64,000 nucleotides of DNA, taken from contig CAVRCF010000001.1 of assembly GCA_963719505.1 (NCBI GenBank), forward strand, positions 1,056,001 through 1,120,000, read 5' to 3'. The translations under genes were made by a program, and so were the position numbers. The stretch comes from Halobacteriovoraceae bacterium (GTDB taxonomy: Bacteria > Bdellovibrionota > Bacteriovoracia > Bacteriovoracales > Bacteriovoracaceae). Each line of letters opens with the position of its first letter. The stretch's first letter is position 1. This document shows positions 9,531 to 20,086 of the stretch, one piece after another. A model generated the notes under the pieces. That model did no database searches, was not told the origin of the DNA, and saw only the letters and a program-made list of their open reading frames with translations.

Positions 9531-10341
9531 CGCTGGCTTGAATAAATGAGTAAAAGAAAACGGCATTGGGGTTAGAAGCGACAGCTTTTAACTCCTTATA
9601 GGCTTCATCAGCAAGCTTCTTATCAATTACTTTTTCACTAATCAGTTGATCGGCTCCACTTAATAAGAGGTCAGTCCAAAAATCAATGGTCTCTTTTCTT
9701 TTTTCAGGTTGTCTATTGTCGAGATGCCACGTTTTTACTTTTGTCTCAATATCCTTGAATCCAAGACTCATCATCAGGTTTCCAAGTTTTGCTCCGACAA
9801 AAGGGTCACCAGCATTTTCGTATTGGTAATCATTAAATGCCATCCAATACTTCCAAACATTTGGCGAGTATGGATCGAGAAAAAATGAAGAGTTTAAAAC
9901 CTCAGTGACAAAAACTTTTGAGCCCGGTTGTAAGACTCTTCTCACTTCACTCAATACATTCGAGGGATTAGGTATATGTTCCAGAACCCAGCATAGGAAT
10001 GCTCCATCAAAAGAATTGGATTCAAAGTCCATGCTCTGAGCATTCATTTGATCAAGTTTATACCTTCCTTTTGCGTATGGAAGAGACTCAAGATGCTCTT
10101 GGGCTGAACGGATTTGTTTATCCATCAAGTCTATGCCTTGAAGTTTTAAATCTGGAAAGCGTCTGAGTAAAATCTCTGACTGAGCGCCAACGCCACAGCC
10201 GACTTCAAGGAGGTTCTTTACCCCGGAAAAGTTAATATCTTGGTATACAGTGTATTCAGCAAACTTTGCTTGTTGTCTCAATCGGTTTTGCTCAGTTTCT
10301 GAGTATCCGTGTAGGTATGGAAAGTCGGCCTTGTTTGTCAC
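9517..10341 (-). CDS. Class I SAM-dependent methyltransferase
   Basis: YLHGYS..EQ.RL N-terminus, LEVGCGVG, FDGAF..WVLEH, RVLQPG. Confidence 0.9.
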   Translation of the reverse strand: MTNKADFPYLHGYSETEQNRLRQQAKFAEYTVYQDINFSGVKNLLEVGCGVGAQSEILLRRFPDLKLQGIDLMDKQIRSAQEHLESLPYAKGRYKLDQMNAQSMDFESNSFDGAFLCWVLEHIPNPSNVLSEVRRVLQPGSKVFVTEVLNSSFFLDPYSPNVWKYWMAFNDYQYENAGDPFVGAKLGNLMMSLGFKDIETKVKTWHLDNRQPEKRKETIDFWTDLLLSGADQLISEKVIDKKLADEAYKELKAVASNPNAVFFYSFIQASARVF

Positions 10342-11558
10342 TTTAATCTCCTCGCAAAGCTTTTGGCCATGCTTACTATTTCCCTAAGACTAATACCATC
10401 AATATAATTTCCAAAAAGGACAAGATTTTGAGAGTCTAGGAGTTCTTTTCGTAATTTTAAAATACTTTCTTCTCTTTTGATATCATAGACAGGTATTGCC
10501 CTTTTCCACTTCATCGAAAAGGTATTAAGAACCTCTTTATGCTTTATCGAGGTAAGTTCTTCGACTTCATTAAAAAAACTTTGATCAACATCGTTTAGAC
10601 CCTCAGCGATAAATGTATAGCTGTGAGAAGAAACTGCAGGCCTTTCAAATATCTCATGGTTGGCTAAAACGCCCTTTGTTTTTAGATTATATTTGGGAGG
10701 AATGACCAATCCAAATGAGTTTTTAAGAAAGTCGACTCTTCGTTTAGTGAAGAGGGTCGTTGTAGTCAAAGGAGTGTATTCTATACTCCGAAGAATTGAA
10801 GCGACTTCGCCATCAAGAATATCTGATGCACTTTTGGCATCAGTGCAGATAATCCAGTTATCGATATCATCGATTCTGTCGACCTGGCTTTTTTGAATCG
10901 AGCCAGAAATTTCATTTCGCAGAGCCTGACAAAGCTCACTCATTCCTCCTTGAAAACTGATTGAGCAAGGCTTGTAATTTTTTGCCTTTGCCTGTCTAAC
11001 TTCTTTGAAAAACTGTAAATATGTTTTCGCCTTTATTGGGTGTTTAAAGACACTGATGAAGCTTAGCTTTTTAGAGTCTATTGCATAGACACCTCCAAAG
11101 ACTGCGCTCAAGAGATCGTAAGCGAGTTCATGACCCATCAAGGGCTTAAAAAAGTCATAAACTGATATTTTTCTGAAATTTCGATCAGGTATTCTCCTGA
11201 AAAGCTTAGGGATGATCTTAATAATTTGAAAAAGTGTTACTGGTTTTGAAGGTTGGTTTCTCCATACCCATTTTTTGAGTTTTGGTTTTGCAAAAAGGGG
11301 GTTAAGATTTAAATCACTAATAAGTTCATCGACGTCGTGATTTGAGTAGATAGCATTCGCAGCATATTCAACAAGTCCGTCATCTGTTTTTATGGTTTGG
11401 AGTTTTCCACCAGCGGACTCTCTTTCAAAAAGGGTTACTTGAAATCCAGACTTTTTAAGGTAGTAAGCCATGACCAGTCCGCTGAAACCACCACCAATAA
11501 TATTAATTGGCTTTTTGGGATTGTGAATATTTCCTATTGGTCCGTTACTTGCTTTCAT
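10338..11558 (-). CDS. hemY: Protoporphyrinogen/coproporphyrinogen oxidase, HemY-type
   Basis: IIGGGFSGL FAD motif, GGVYA, SFQGGM, FGLVIP, WKRAIPVY, GNYIDGISL. Confidence 0.8.
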   Translation of the reverse strand: MKASNGPIGNIHNPKKPINIIGGGFSGLVMAYYLKKSGFQVTLFERESAGGKLQTIKTDDGLVEYAANAIYSNHDVDELISDLNLNPLFAKPKLKKWVWRNQPSKPVTLFQIIKIIPKLFRRIPDRNFRKISVYDFFKPLMGHELAYDLLSAVFGGVYAIDSKKLSFISVFKHPIKAKTYLQFFKEVRQAKAKNYKPCSISFQGGMSELCQALRNEISGSIQKSQVDRIDDIDNWIICTDAKSASDILDGEVASILRSIEYTPLTTTTLFTKRRVDFLKNSFGLVIPPKYNLKTKGVLANHEIFERPAVSSHSYTFIAEGLNDVDQSFFNEVEELTSIKHKEVLNTFSMKWKRAIPVYDIKREESILKLRKELLDSQNLVLFGNYIDGISLREIVSMAKSFARRLK

Positions 11559-11583
11559 AAAAAAAGGCCCAGTTCAATGGGCC
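11559..11583 (-). terminator. Intrinsic terminator-like hairpin after grxD
   Basis: Minus strand GGCCCA-TTGAAC-TGGGCC followed by T7, which abuts the hemY ATG. Confidence 0.6.
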
Positions 11584-11589
11584 CGAGTT

Positions 11590-11964
11590 TTATTTTAATA
11601 TTTCTTGTAACTCACCCTCTTCAAACATTTCGGTGATGATATCGTTACCACCGAGTAATTTTCCATTGAAGTAGAGCTGAGGAAATGTAGGCCAATTTGA
11701 GTATTCTTTTAGACCTTGTCTGATATCGTTATCTTGAAGAATATCAAAAGTTTTAAATGGTTGGTTAAGGTGCTTTAGAATAGCAACTGAATTTGCTGAA
11801 AACCCACATTGAGGAAAGTCGGCATTTCCCTTCATAAATAAAACAAGTCTATCGCTTTTGATAATTTCTTCAATTCTTTCCGTTAAGTTACCCTCAACTT
11901 CATTTGCTTGAACTTCTTTTACAGGTCCGTCAGTATTTAAAACTTTAAAAGGATTATCACTCAT
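11590..11964 (-). CDS. grxD: Monothiol glutaredoxin Grx4
   Basis: LFMKG...PQCGFS and WPTFPQLY motifs. Confidence 0.95.
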   Translation of the reverse strand: MSDNPFKVLNTDGPVKEVQANEVEGNLTERIEEIIKSDRLVLFMKGNADFPQCGFSANSVAILKHLNQPFKTFDILQDNDIRQGLKEYSNWPTFPQLYFNGKLLGGNDIITEMFEEGELQEILK

Positions 11965-12215
11965 TACTTTACCTCTTCGTATTTTTCTTTAGTTAACGTT
12001 TTTATTTTTACAGCATGAACTTTTTCTTTCAAGGCTTCTTTAAGAACATCCATTACCATTTGGTGTTGATCAATTCTCATTTTCCCCTTGAATTCATCGC
12101 TTACGACTAATATATCAAGGTGATCCATTGTTCCTGTTAGATCTCCGACTTCAACATATGAGTTCTGAATACCAGATTCAATTAAATTTTTTACTTCGTC
12201 TAATGGTGTCACCAT
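11964..12215 (-). CDS. bolA: BolA/IbaG family protein
   Basis: DH...VVSDEFKG...QHQMV...VHA motif; adjacent to grxD. Confidence 0.92.
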   Translation of the reverse strand: MVTPLDEVKNLIESGIQNSYVEVGDLTGTMDHLDILVVSDEFKGKMRIDQHQMVMDVLKEALKEKVHAVKIKTLTKEKYEEVK

Positions 12216-12224
12216 TTATACTCC

Positions 12225-12608
12225 CTAGCTGGTTGGAATGAGATTACTAGTTATAAGAGTAGCAATTCTGACAGTCAATGTTAATAGGCCTATTGGCTTA
12301 TGAAATTTTCTAATACTTTCGTCTCCACCAAGCAATTTACTGCCTGTGTAAAACATAACGCCGTAAAGAAGCACTGTGCTAATGGCTAATGATATATGAA
12401 TGTTAAGGATGGCAGGGTTGCTCATCGCTTTGCTAGCAGTATTGATAGCTTGTCGGTTAAGCTCAATTTGTGCAACAAGCAACAGGTCCCAGATGATAAC
12501 AGTTTTCATTATTTTAACGTGTTTATATCTTATTCTCCTGTGGTAAACTCCGTACAACATGAGAGCGACAATAAGAAACGACTGAATTTGAAATATAATA
12601 GATGACAT
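12225..12608 (-). CDS. Four-TM membrane protein, DUF420-like
   Basis: Four hydrophobic helices with His residues (HVKIM, IHISLA, FHKPIG). Confidence 0.55.
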   Translation of the reverse strand: MSSIIFQIQSFLIVALMLYGVYHRRIRYKHVKIMKTVIIWDLLLVAQIELNRQAINTASKAMSNPAILNIHISLAISTVLLYGVMFYTGSKLLGGDESIRKFHKPIGLLTLTVRIATLITSNLIPTS

Positions 12609-12636
12609 CAGTCTAATTTAAAATCGGAAGAGGCAT

Positions 12637-15510
12637 ATGGCAAGTCTAGGAAAGTGGGCATTAATAGATATTGAAACAACTGGAATCGACCCCAACTACG
12701 ACCAGATTATCGATATTGGCTTTTTACAGTTCGAAGGGACAAAGCTTATACGAACGTATTCTTCTTTGGTTCGTACTGAAGTGAGACTTTCAAAGTTCAT
12801 TCAAAAGCTAACCAATATTACACCAGAGATGGTCTCAAATGCACCTGTCTGGAAAAAGTCTGAAGGGGAGCTCCACGATTTAGATGGCCACTTTTTAGTC
12901 GCTCACAATGCACCTTTTGAGAAAATGTACCTAGAGAAGTACTTTGATCAGATCGATGAAGGACAAAATAGGGAGACCTATCAAGATTCTATGTACTATC
13001 TAAGTCTTCTGTTTCCTGACAGATCGACTCTCAACCTAGAGAGTTTTATGATTGATTTTGGAATAGCTGATAAGGAAGTGCACCGAGGTTACGAAGACTC
13101 TGTGGACCTTTTAAAAGTTCTTCTCGTCGCCACTTTAATTGTCAAGAAAGATGCAGAGTTTAGAACGTTCTTAGGTCAAACCTTTACGGAGTTTAATTCT
13201 AATGAATTTTGGTTTAAAAACTTTTTTGCGTTAGATGAAGATCAACTCTATGAAATTGCTGAATCCATTGAGTTTGATGCCATGGAAAAGGTCAATGAAT
13301 ACATAGAGAAATTTAATCAAGATTCTGAGTTCGTCGACCAAATGGAAAGTACAGTAGACCTAGATTTTACGGGTAAAAATATTCAAGACATTTATAGAGA
13401 TGAGTCCCGTCTGAAGAAGCTCTTTGAAGGTTACACCTACAGAAAAGCCCAAGAAGATCTCTCCTTAAGGGTTGGACAGGCTTTTAACAACAGTATCCAC
13501 GCCATCATCCAGGCGCCAACAGGAACCGGAAAGACTTTGGGGTATATGATTCCCAGTGCATTAATGGCCAAAAATAAAAAGCTCCCGGTCCTTATATCAA
13601 CGGGAACAAAAACTCTTCAAAATCAAGCAGTTAAAAAAGATATTCCCGGACTTCATCGAATCTTAGGTCTCAATAAAAGCCAGCTCAAAGTCATTAGGCT
13701 GGTAGGATCCAGTAATCACCTTTGTGAACTCATTTACAGAAACGAAAAAGCGGAAGATCTAATGATACAAATGGATTCATTTGAAGATCGATTCGCCAAT
13801 GCCTACCTTGAAGCGGTATTTTTTGTGAACCAGCGGATTAAAGATTACAACAATATTATTACAAGAGAAAACATACCATACTCTCTTAAGAGAAGATTAA
13901 ATAGCCTCAAGGAACTTGAGGAGAGGTCTGCTGTTAATTACAAGGCTTGCTCGGGAAGTAAATGTCCATTTAGTCATTCTTGCACCTATTTACAAGGGTG
14001 GAGGAAGGCGAAAGAAGCTGATCTCCTTATTGGGAATCACGCACTTTTGATGAGTTGGCCTCGAACAATGGAGAAGCCACCCTACATCGTCATTGATGAA
14101 GCTCACAAAATGGAGTCCGAAGCAACTGGTGCATTCTCTCAACAAATTCAAAGTAAAGAAATTGAAGCCATAGCTAAAAACCTTCCACAGATGGTCGGTC
14201 CTCTTTACTATTTACTTGGACAGGAAAAAAATCCTGATGATACCTTAGCAAAAACGATAAGAGATAATATTCAGGATCAGGCCGGAATGTTAAGAGATCA
14301 TGTTGGTCCTCTTTTTGACAATATTGAAAGATACGCAAAAAAACTTCCAAATTTTACAGATATCTATTGGAATGAAATTAAACTTTTGGGAAGTGATAAG
14401 TCATCAAATGCCGTTGAAGCGAGTATTTATAATCATCTCCAAAGTCTACATTTTATTTTTGAAAGTATTTATAAAATCTTACATCCCTTCACTGAAAGGT
14501 GGGAGTTAGCGGACCTTGAAAATGATGACAACAAAGTGACTGCTTGGACAACTCTAGAGTCAACCATATCAAACGTAGAAGACTCTTATTTAACACTGAT
14601 GTCCCTTTTAAACACTTCGGATGACCTTGCAAATACAATTAAATATCACGATGAGTTTGGTTATGTTTTAGAATCTGCGCCGATCAATATTGGTAAATTA
14701 ATTTTTGAGAATATTTTAAAAGACACTGAGTCTGTTATTTTTACCTCGGCGACCCTAGGGAATGAGGATGGAACAAGTGGAATGGCTGCAATTGAATGGA
14801 TGACCGGCTATAGCTATCTCGAGTCAACCAGGAGGTTTAAAAACGGATTGTTCTTAAAAAATAATTATGATTATGAAAAAAATGCCAGAGTCTTTTTAGC
14901 ACAAGACACTCCAGCTCTTTACGATGATAAGTTTATTCCTTTTGTTATTGAAAACTTGGTGCCTTTGATAAGGTCTATTGGTGGGCGAACTCTTCTTCTT
15001 TTTTCAAGCAGGATGCGTTTTGAAAAAGCTAATGAGTACCTTCTCAACGAATTTGAAGGGGAACTACCTCTTTTTATCCAAGGCATGGGAAACAATATTG
15101 TGGAGGAGTTCAAAAAATCAGAAAATGGAATTTTGATTGGAATGGAATCATTTGGAGAGGGGATTGATATTCCTGGAAAGTCTTTAGAGTTAGTATACGT
15201 CGACAAGATTCCCGATCTTCGCCGTGAGTATATAATCGACAAGAGAAGAAAGTTCTATGAAAGAGAATTTGGAAATGAGTTCAATGATTATTTCTTGGCC
15301 AATAGAACTAGGGCTTTACATCAAAAACTTGGGCGTCTCATTAGAACTGAATCTGACAAAGGTGGAGTTCTTATTACTGATTCCAGAACTGCGAGATGGA
15401 AATCGAGAACTTTGGGTACCTTTAAAGAACTTATGAAGCCCTATGATATCGAATTTATGCCAATGGCCCAAGCATGTAAGGAATTAGAAAGCTTTATCTT
15501 GTCGCGTTAA
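12637..15510 (+). CDS. dinG: DinG-family helicase with N-terminal DEDDh 3'-5' exonuclease
   Basis: DIETTG, VAHNAPFE and HRG.ED exonuclease motifs; APTGTGKT Walker A; DEAH; four Fe-S-type Cys; EGIDIPG; QKLGRLIR. Confidence 0.92.
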   Translation: MASLGKWALIDIETTGIDPNYDQIIDIGFLQFEGTKLIRTYSSLVRTEVRLSKFIQKLTNITPEMVSNAPVWKKSEGELHDLDGHFLVAHNAPFEKMYLEKYFDQIDEGQNRETYQDSMYYLSLLFPDRSTLNLESFMIDFGIADKEVHRGYEDSVDLLKVLLVATLIVKKDAEFRTFLGQTFTEFNSNEFWFKNFFALDEDQLYEIAESIEFDAMEKVNEYIEKFNQDSEFVDQMESTVDLDFTGKNIQDIYRDESRLKKLFEGYTYRKAQEDLSLRVGQAFNNSIHAIIQAPTGTGKTLGYMIPSALMAKNKKLPVLISTGTKTLQNQAVKKDIPGLHRILGLNKSQLKVIRLVGSSNHLCELIYRNEKAEDLMIQMDSFEDRFANAYLEAVFFVNQRIKDYNNIITRENIPYSLKRRLNSLKELEERSAVNYKACSGSKCPFSHSCTYLQGWRKAKEADLLIGNHALLMSWPRTMEKPPYIVIDEAHKMESEATGAFSQQIQSKEIEAIAKNLPQMVGPLYYLLGQEKNPDDTLAKTIRDNIQDQAGMLRDHVGPLFDNIERYAKKLPNFTDIYWNEIKLLGSDKSSNAVEASIYNHLQSLHFIFESIYKILHPFTERWELADLENDDNKVTAWTTLESTISNVEDSYLTLMSLLNTSDDLANTIKYHDEFGYVLESAPINIGKLIFENILKDTESVIFTSATLGNEDGTSGMAAIEWMTGYSYLESTRRFKNGLFLKNNYDYEKNARVFLAQDTPALYDDKFIPFVIENLVPLIRSIGGRTLLLFSSRMRFEKANEYLLNEFEGELPLFIQGMGNNIVEEFKKSENGILIGMESFGEGIDIPGKSLELVYVDKIPDLRREYIIDKRRKFYEREFGNEFNDYFLANRTRALHQKLGRLIRTESDKGGVLITDSRTARWKSRTLGTFKELMKPYDIEFMPMAQACKELESFILSR

Positions 15511-15571
15511 GTATATGTAATTATTTCAGAAAAAGCTTGTGCATTGCGCTAGGTTATGTTATAATTACGAT

Positions 15572-15892
15572 ATGTTAAAAAGCCTAATAATAATAATTTC
15601 GATGACTTACTCTGCTTTCTCTTACGCAAACATGTCTCAATTCGTGGTAATGCCTAGCATTAAAAACGAAATTGTCAATTATGTTATCAAAAACAGAACA
15701 GCTGAAGAGTCTTATTCCGCAATCAAAGATATTAGTTTGTCTGCAGTGAACTTTGTCCAAAGTGAGGGCGAGGAGTCATCTGAGAGATTGGAAGAGCTGA
15801 TTTTAATCGTTTCAAGAAAGCTTGAAACAGATTCAGTCTACCTGAGCAGAAAAGATATCGTAGAAGCAATAATTAAAGCTATCAATTCTTAA
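15572..15892 (+). CDS. Hypothetical secreted protein
   Basis: ATG at 15572 gives a signal peptide (MLKSLIIIISMTYSAFSYA). Confidence 0.6.
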   Translation: MLKSLIIIISMTYSAFSYANMSQFVVMPSIKNEIVNYVIKNRTAEESYSAIKDISLSAVNFVQSEGEESSERLEELILIVSRKLETDSVYLSRKDIVEAIIKAINS

Positions 15893-16616
15893 ACATTCCT
15901 TTATATTCATTGTCGAAAGCTTTTAGCTTATCAATTTTCACTTCTACGCCTCCGGGAAATTCAGCCTTGTAGGGAATATTAAGATGTTTGCTTAGATAAA
16001 AGTCGGCGGGTGCGAACTTGTCACTGCTGCTGTAGGCATCATCACTCATTTGGCAATGAGTCGCCACAAGTTCTTTGTCGTTAAGTTTAAGCTTAAAATC
16101 TGATCCAATATCTTTGAGTTCCAGGTAAACATCGTTTTCTATAAAATGGTTCTCATAAGTCCAAATATTTTGTGTCGACAGAACATTGTAACTAGTGGCT
16201 TGGGTAGCACTCATTTTCTTCATTTTAGTCATCAGGGTAGAGGTTACAAAAGCTGGAGTTGAAATATGAAACTTACCGCTCACATTACGATCAAACTTGT
16301 GGACTCCATCCATGCCTGAAAAAGTATAGAAAACCTGCTTATCTTTTTGATCAACTTCATAACGCTCAGTGCTGCTGTTTTCTCCTAAACTTCTGTGAAC
16401 CCTCACTTTCAAAGGATCAAAAGAGTTAGAGGTTTCGTAGTCCACGTTAATTTTTAAAAACTCACCGCTTGGAACCCGACAAAGTATCTCGGACTTATAC
16501 AAATAATTTCCATTGATAGATCTGTCAGAAAGTACGGAGAAGCTCTCTTCTGAGTATTGGTTTCCATCTTTGAGAAAAATATATTTTCCCTCAATAATTA
16601 TCTCATCAATACTCAT
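15882..16616 (-). CDS. Hypothetical protein, beta-rich
   Basis: 244-aa ORF; no family recognised. Confidence 0.7.
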   Translation of the reverse strand: MSIDEIIIEGKYIFLKDGNQYSEESFSVLSDRSINGNYLYKSEILCRVPSGEFLKINVDYETSNSFDPLKVRVHRSLGENSSTERYEVDQKDKQVFYTFSGMDGVHKFDRNVSGKFHISTPAFVTSTLMTKMKKMSATQATSYNVLSTQNIWTYENHFIENDVYLELKDIGSDFKLKLNDKELVATHCQMSDDAYSSSDKFAPADFYLSKHLNIPYKAEFPGGVEVKIDKLKAFDNEYKGMFKN

Positions 16617-16769
16617 TGCGACGCCATTTGTTATACATTGTTTTTACACCCTAAATTAATTAGCATTGTCTTACTGACATTATACCCAAATTGGTGATAA
16701 TAGTTTATATATTATACGATAAAATTTTAACGTTTATTTTTATGAATCGAAATCAAGGATATCATTGCT

Positions 16770-18101
16770 ATGATTAAGCTCAAGAAAGGGTTGGATCTGC
16801 CTATCGAGGGAACTCCGAAACAGGAAATCTCTCAGGGTCCAAAAGTATCGAAAGTAGCTTTGATCGGTGACGACGTTGTTGGAATGAAGCCAACAATGGA
16901 AGTTAAGCCCGGTGACAAAGTGAAAATTGGTGATCTACTTTACACTGACAAAAAAACAGAGGGTGTTCGTTATACATCTCCTGCGTCTGGTGAAGTCGTT
17001 GAAGTTAACAGGGGAGCAAGAAGAGCTTTCCAATCAGTTGTAATTAAAGTTGAAGGTGAAGATCATGCAAGCTTTGAATCCTTTAAGGGAAGTGATATTG
17101 CTGGTTATTCTAAAGAAGAAGCGCAGGCTTTACTTTTAGAATCTGGAATGTGGCCATCACTTCGTCAAAGACCTTTTTCTATCGTTGCTAAGCCAAACAC
17201 AACTCCAAGCTCAATTTTCGTTACCGCGATGGACACTCATCCACTTGCTGGAAAACCGGAAGTTATTATTGCTCGAAATGAAAAAGCTTTTAAAGATGGT
17301 TTAAAAATCTTAGCTAAATTTGCAACAGTTCATCTTTGTTTCGAAGATGGTTCAGATATTCCAAGTGTGGAAGAAGTTCAAAAACACACTTTCAAGGGAC
17401 CACATCCAGCAGGTCTCGTTGGAACTCATATTCATATGATTGATCCTGTAGGAATGAAAAAAGCAGTTTGGCATACTAATTACCAAGAAGTTATTGCTAT
17501 GGGTAAGCTCTTTGAAACCGGAAAGCTTTTCCTTGAGAGAGTTGTCTCTATCGCTGGTCCTGCTGCAAGAAACCCAAGATTAATCACAACAACTGTTGGT
17601 GCAAGTCTGGATGAGCTTATAAAAGATGAAACCCATACAACAGAAGAAGTAAGAACCGTCTCTGGTTCTGTTTTTGGGGGGAGAAAAGCTGAAGGTACTT
17701 TTAATTACCTTGGACGTTTTCATCACCAAGTAACACTTCTTGAAGAAGGAAGACATAGAGAGTTTTTAGGATGGCACAGTCCTGGATTCGATAAGTTTTC
17801 TGTTAAGCCGATTTACATCTCTAAACTTTTTTCAAAAAAGTTTGGATTTACAACAGATACAAATGGTTCTTACCGCTCAATTGTTCCGATAGGATCTATG
17901 GAGAAAGTAATGCCACTTGATATTCTTCCAGTACAACTTTCACGATATTTAAATTCTACGAATTTAGAGATGTGTGTAAAACTTGGGGCTCTAGAGTTAG
18001 ATGAGGAAGATTTATCCTTAATGACTTTTGTAGATCCTTGTAAGAATGATTTTGCTCCTCTTTTAAGAGAGAATTTAACAATTATTGAGAAGGAGGGGTA
18101 G
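16770..18101 (+). CDS. nqrA: Na+-translocating NADH:quinone oxidoreductase subunit A
   Basis: MIKLKKGLDLPIEG, GPHPAGLVGTHIH, LGALELDEEDL, IEKEG C-terminus. Confidence 0.97.
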   Translation: MIKLKKGLDLPIEGTPKQEISQGPKVSKVALIGDDVVGMKPTMEVKPGDKVKIGDLLYTDKKTEGVRYTSPASGEVVEVNRGARRAFQSVVIKVEGEDHASFESFKGSDIAGYSKEEAQALLLESGMWPSLRQRPFSIVAKPNTTPSSIFVTAMDTHPLAGKPEVIIARNEKAFKDGLKILAKFATVHLCFEDGSDIPSVEEVQKHTFKGPHPAGLVGTHIHMIDPVGMKKAVWHTNYQEVIAMGKLFETGKLFLERVVSIAGPAARNPRLITTTVGASLDELIKDETHTTEEVRTVSGSVFGGRKAEGTFNYLGRFHHQVTLLEEGRHREFLGWHSPGFDKFSVKPIYISKLFSKKFGFTTDTNGSYRSIVPIGSMEKVMPLDILPVQLSRYLNSTNLEMCVKLGALELDEEDLSLMTFVDPCKNDFAPLLRENLTIIEKEG

Positions 18102-19297
18102 ATGAAATTTTTAAGAGATGTTCTAGATAGAGTTGAGCATCAGTTTGAAAAAGGTGGAAAACTCGAAAAATTATATCCGTTGTACGAAGCGAGGGATACA
18201 TTTTTATACACTCCAGGATCGGTAACCTCTGGTAACACTCACGTTCGAGATGGAATTGATCTGAAAAGAACGATGATCACAGTTGCAATGGCGCTTTTTC
18301 CTGCAATTCTTATGTGTCTTTATAATACTGGTAAGCAAGCCAACCTCGCTATATCCGGTGGCACTGAAGCCGGTGGGTGGAGAGCAGATTTAATGACTGC
18401 TATTGGCCTTGGTTTTGATCCACTGAATATCGTTCATAATTTTCTTTCACGGTCTTCTTTGGTTTCTTCCAGTCTTTCTAGTGACTCAAATTGCTGGTGG
18501 TCTGTGCGAGGGAATCTTTGCTTCCATCAGAGGTCATGAAATAAATGAAGGATTTTTAGTAACAGGTCTTTTGTTTCCTTTAACACTTCCACCTACAATT
18601 CCTCTGTGGCAAGTTGCTGTGGGGATCATTTTTGGTGTTGTGATTGGAAAAGAAATCTTCGGTGGAACTGGAAAAAACATTTTTAACCCTGCCTTAACTG
18701 CTAGGGCTTTTCTTTTCTTCGCATACCCAGCTCAAATTTCTGGAGATGCGGTTTGGACTGCAGTTGATGGATACACGGGAGCGACTAGTTTAGCTCAGGC
18801 TGCTGTTGGTGGTGTGAGTACTATTGGTTGGTCTTGGCAAGATGCCTTCTTAGGTTTTGTTCCAGGTTCAATGGGTGAGACATCTGCACTTGCTTGTCTT
18901 CTTGGTGCTGGTTGCTTATTTTTCAAGGAATTGGTTCTTGGAGAATTATGCTTTCAATGTTGCTCGGTATGGTAGCAATGTCATTTTTATTTAATGCGAT
19001 CGGAAGTGATACAAATCCAATGTTTAGAGTTCCTTGGCATTGGCATTTTGTGATTGGATCTTTTGCTTTTGCATGGTCTTTATGGCAACTGACCCTGTTA
19101 GTGCAGCAATGACAGACCCAGGAAGATTCATTTATGGTTTTTTAATCGGTGTTCTTGGTGTTGTAATAAGAGTTGTGAACCCTGCCTACCCAGAGGGATG
19201 GATGCTTGCGATTCTCTTTATTAATGGTTGTTCACCACTTATTGATTACTTTGTAGTCAATAAAAACATTAAAAGAAGAGAGGCGAGAAATGTCTAA
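18102..19297 (+). CDS. nqrB: NQR subunit B, with three single-base frameshifts in this assembly
   Basis: [28 protein letters not shown] (FMN site), FMATDPVS. Indels near 18445, 18912 and 19071. Confidence 0.93.
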
Positions 19298-20086
19298 AAA
19301 AGGAAATGATTCATTAGAAACAATTCTTGTTGCTGGTGCTCTTTGTCTTGTTTGTTCTCTTTTAGTTTCTTTCACTGTTGTTACATTGAAAGAGAAACAA
19401 GCAAAGAATAAAGAATTAGATTTTAAAAAGAATGTTCTTATGTCTGCAGGTTTAATTAAAGCCGGAGTAAGTGCAGAGGTTGTTGAATCAACATTCTCAA
19501 AAATTAAAACTGTTATTGTTGATTTCGAAACAGGTGAAGTTACAAATGCAGTTGATCCAAAAACATATGATCAAAATAAAGCAGCTTCTAATCCCAAAAT
19601 GAATGTTGAAATTCCTTCAGATAAAGATGTTGCAAGTCTAAACACTAGAGCAAGATACGCTAAAGTTTATCTCGCTCAAAATGAAAGTGGTGAGATTGAA
19701 AAGGTTATCCTTCCAGTTAGGGGAAAGGGACTTTGGTCGACAATGTATGGTTTCTTGGCTTTGGACTCTGATGCAAATACAATTAAAGGATTTGCTTATT
19801 ACTCTCACGGCGAGACTCCTGGTCTTGGTGGAGAAGTTGATAATCCAGCATGGAAAAATCAGTGGATTGGTAAAAAAATCTACAATGAGAGTGGGATGTG
19901 GAATTTAAAGTTGCTAAAGGTCGTCAATAATGAGAATGCCATGGCGAGTATCAAGTTGATGGTCTCAGTGGAGCCACGATTACTGCAAATGGTGTTACAA
20001 GCTCTATGAACTATTGGTTTGGAGCTCACGGTTACAAGAAATTTCTTGAAAACGTTAGATCAGGGGAGAATTTAAATGAAGATTAA
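19290..20086 (+). CDS. nqrC: NQR subunit C, frameshifted near 19893-19946
   Basis: [10 protein letters not shown] and [10 protein letters not shown]; continues in another frame as [16 protein letters not shown] (FMN site) to TAA at 20086. Confidence 0.92.

Noticed and set aside
12637-15510. CasDinG or another DinG-associated defence system
   Set aside because: No cas genes, arrays or defence partners nearby; the context is housekeeping.
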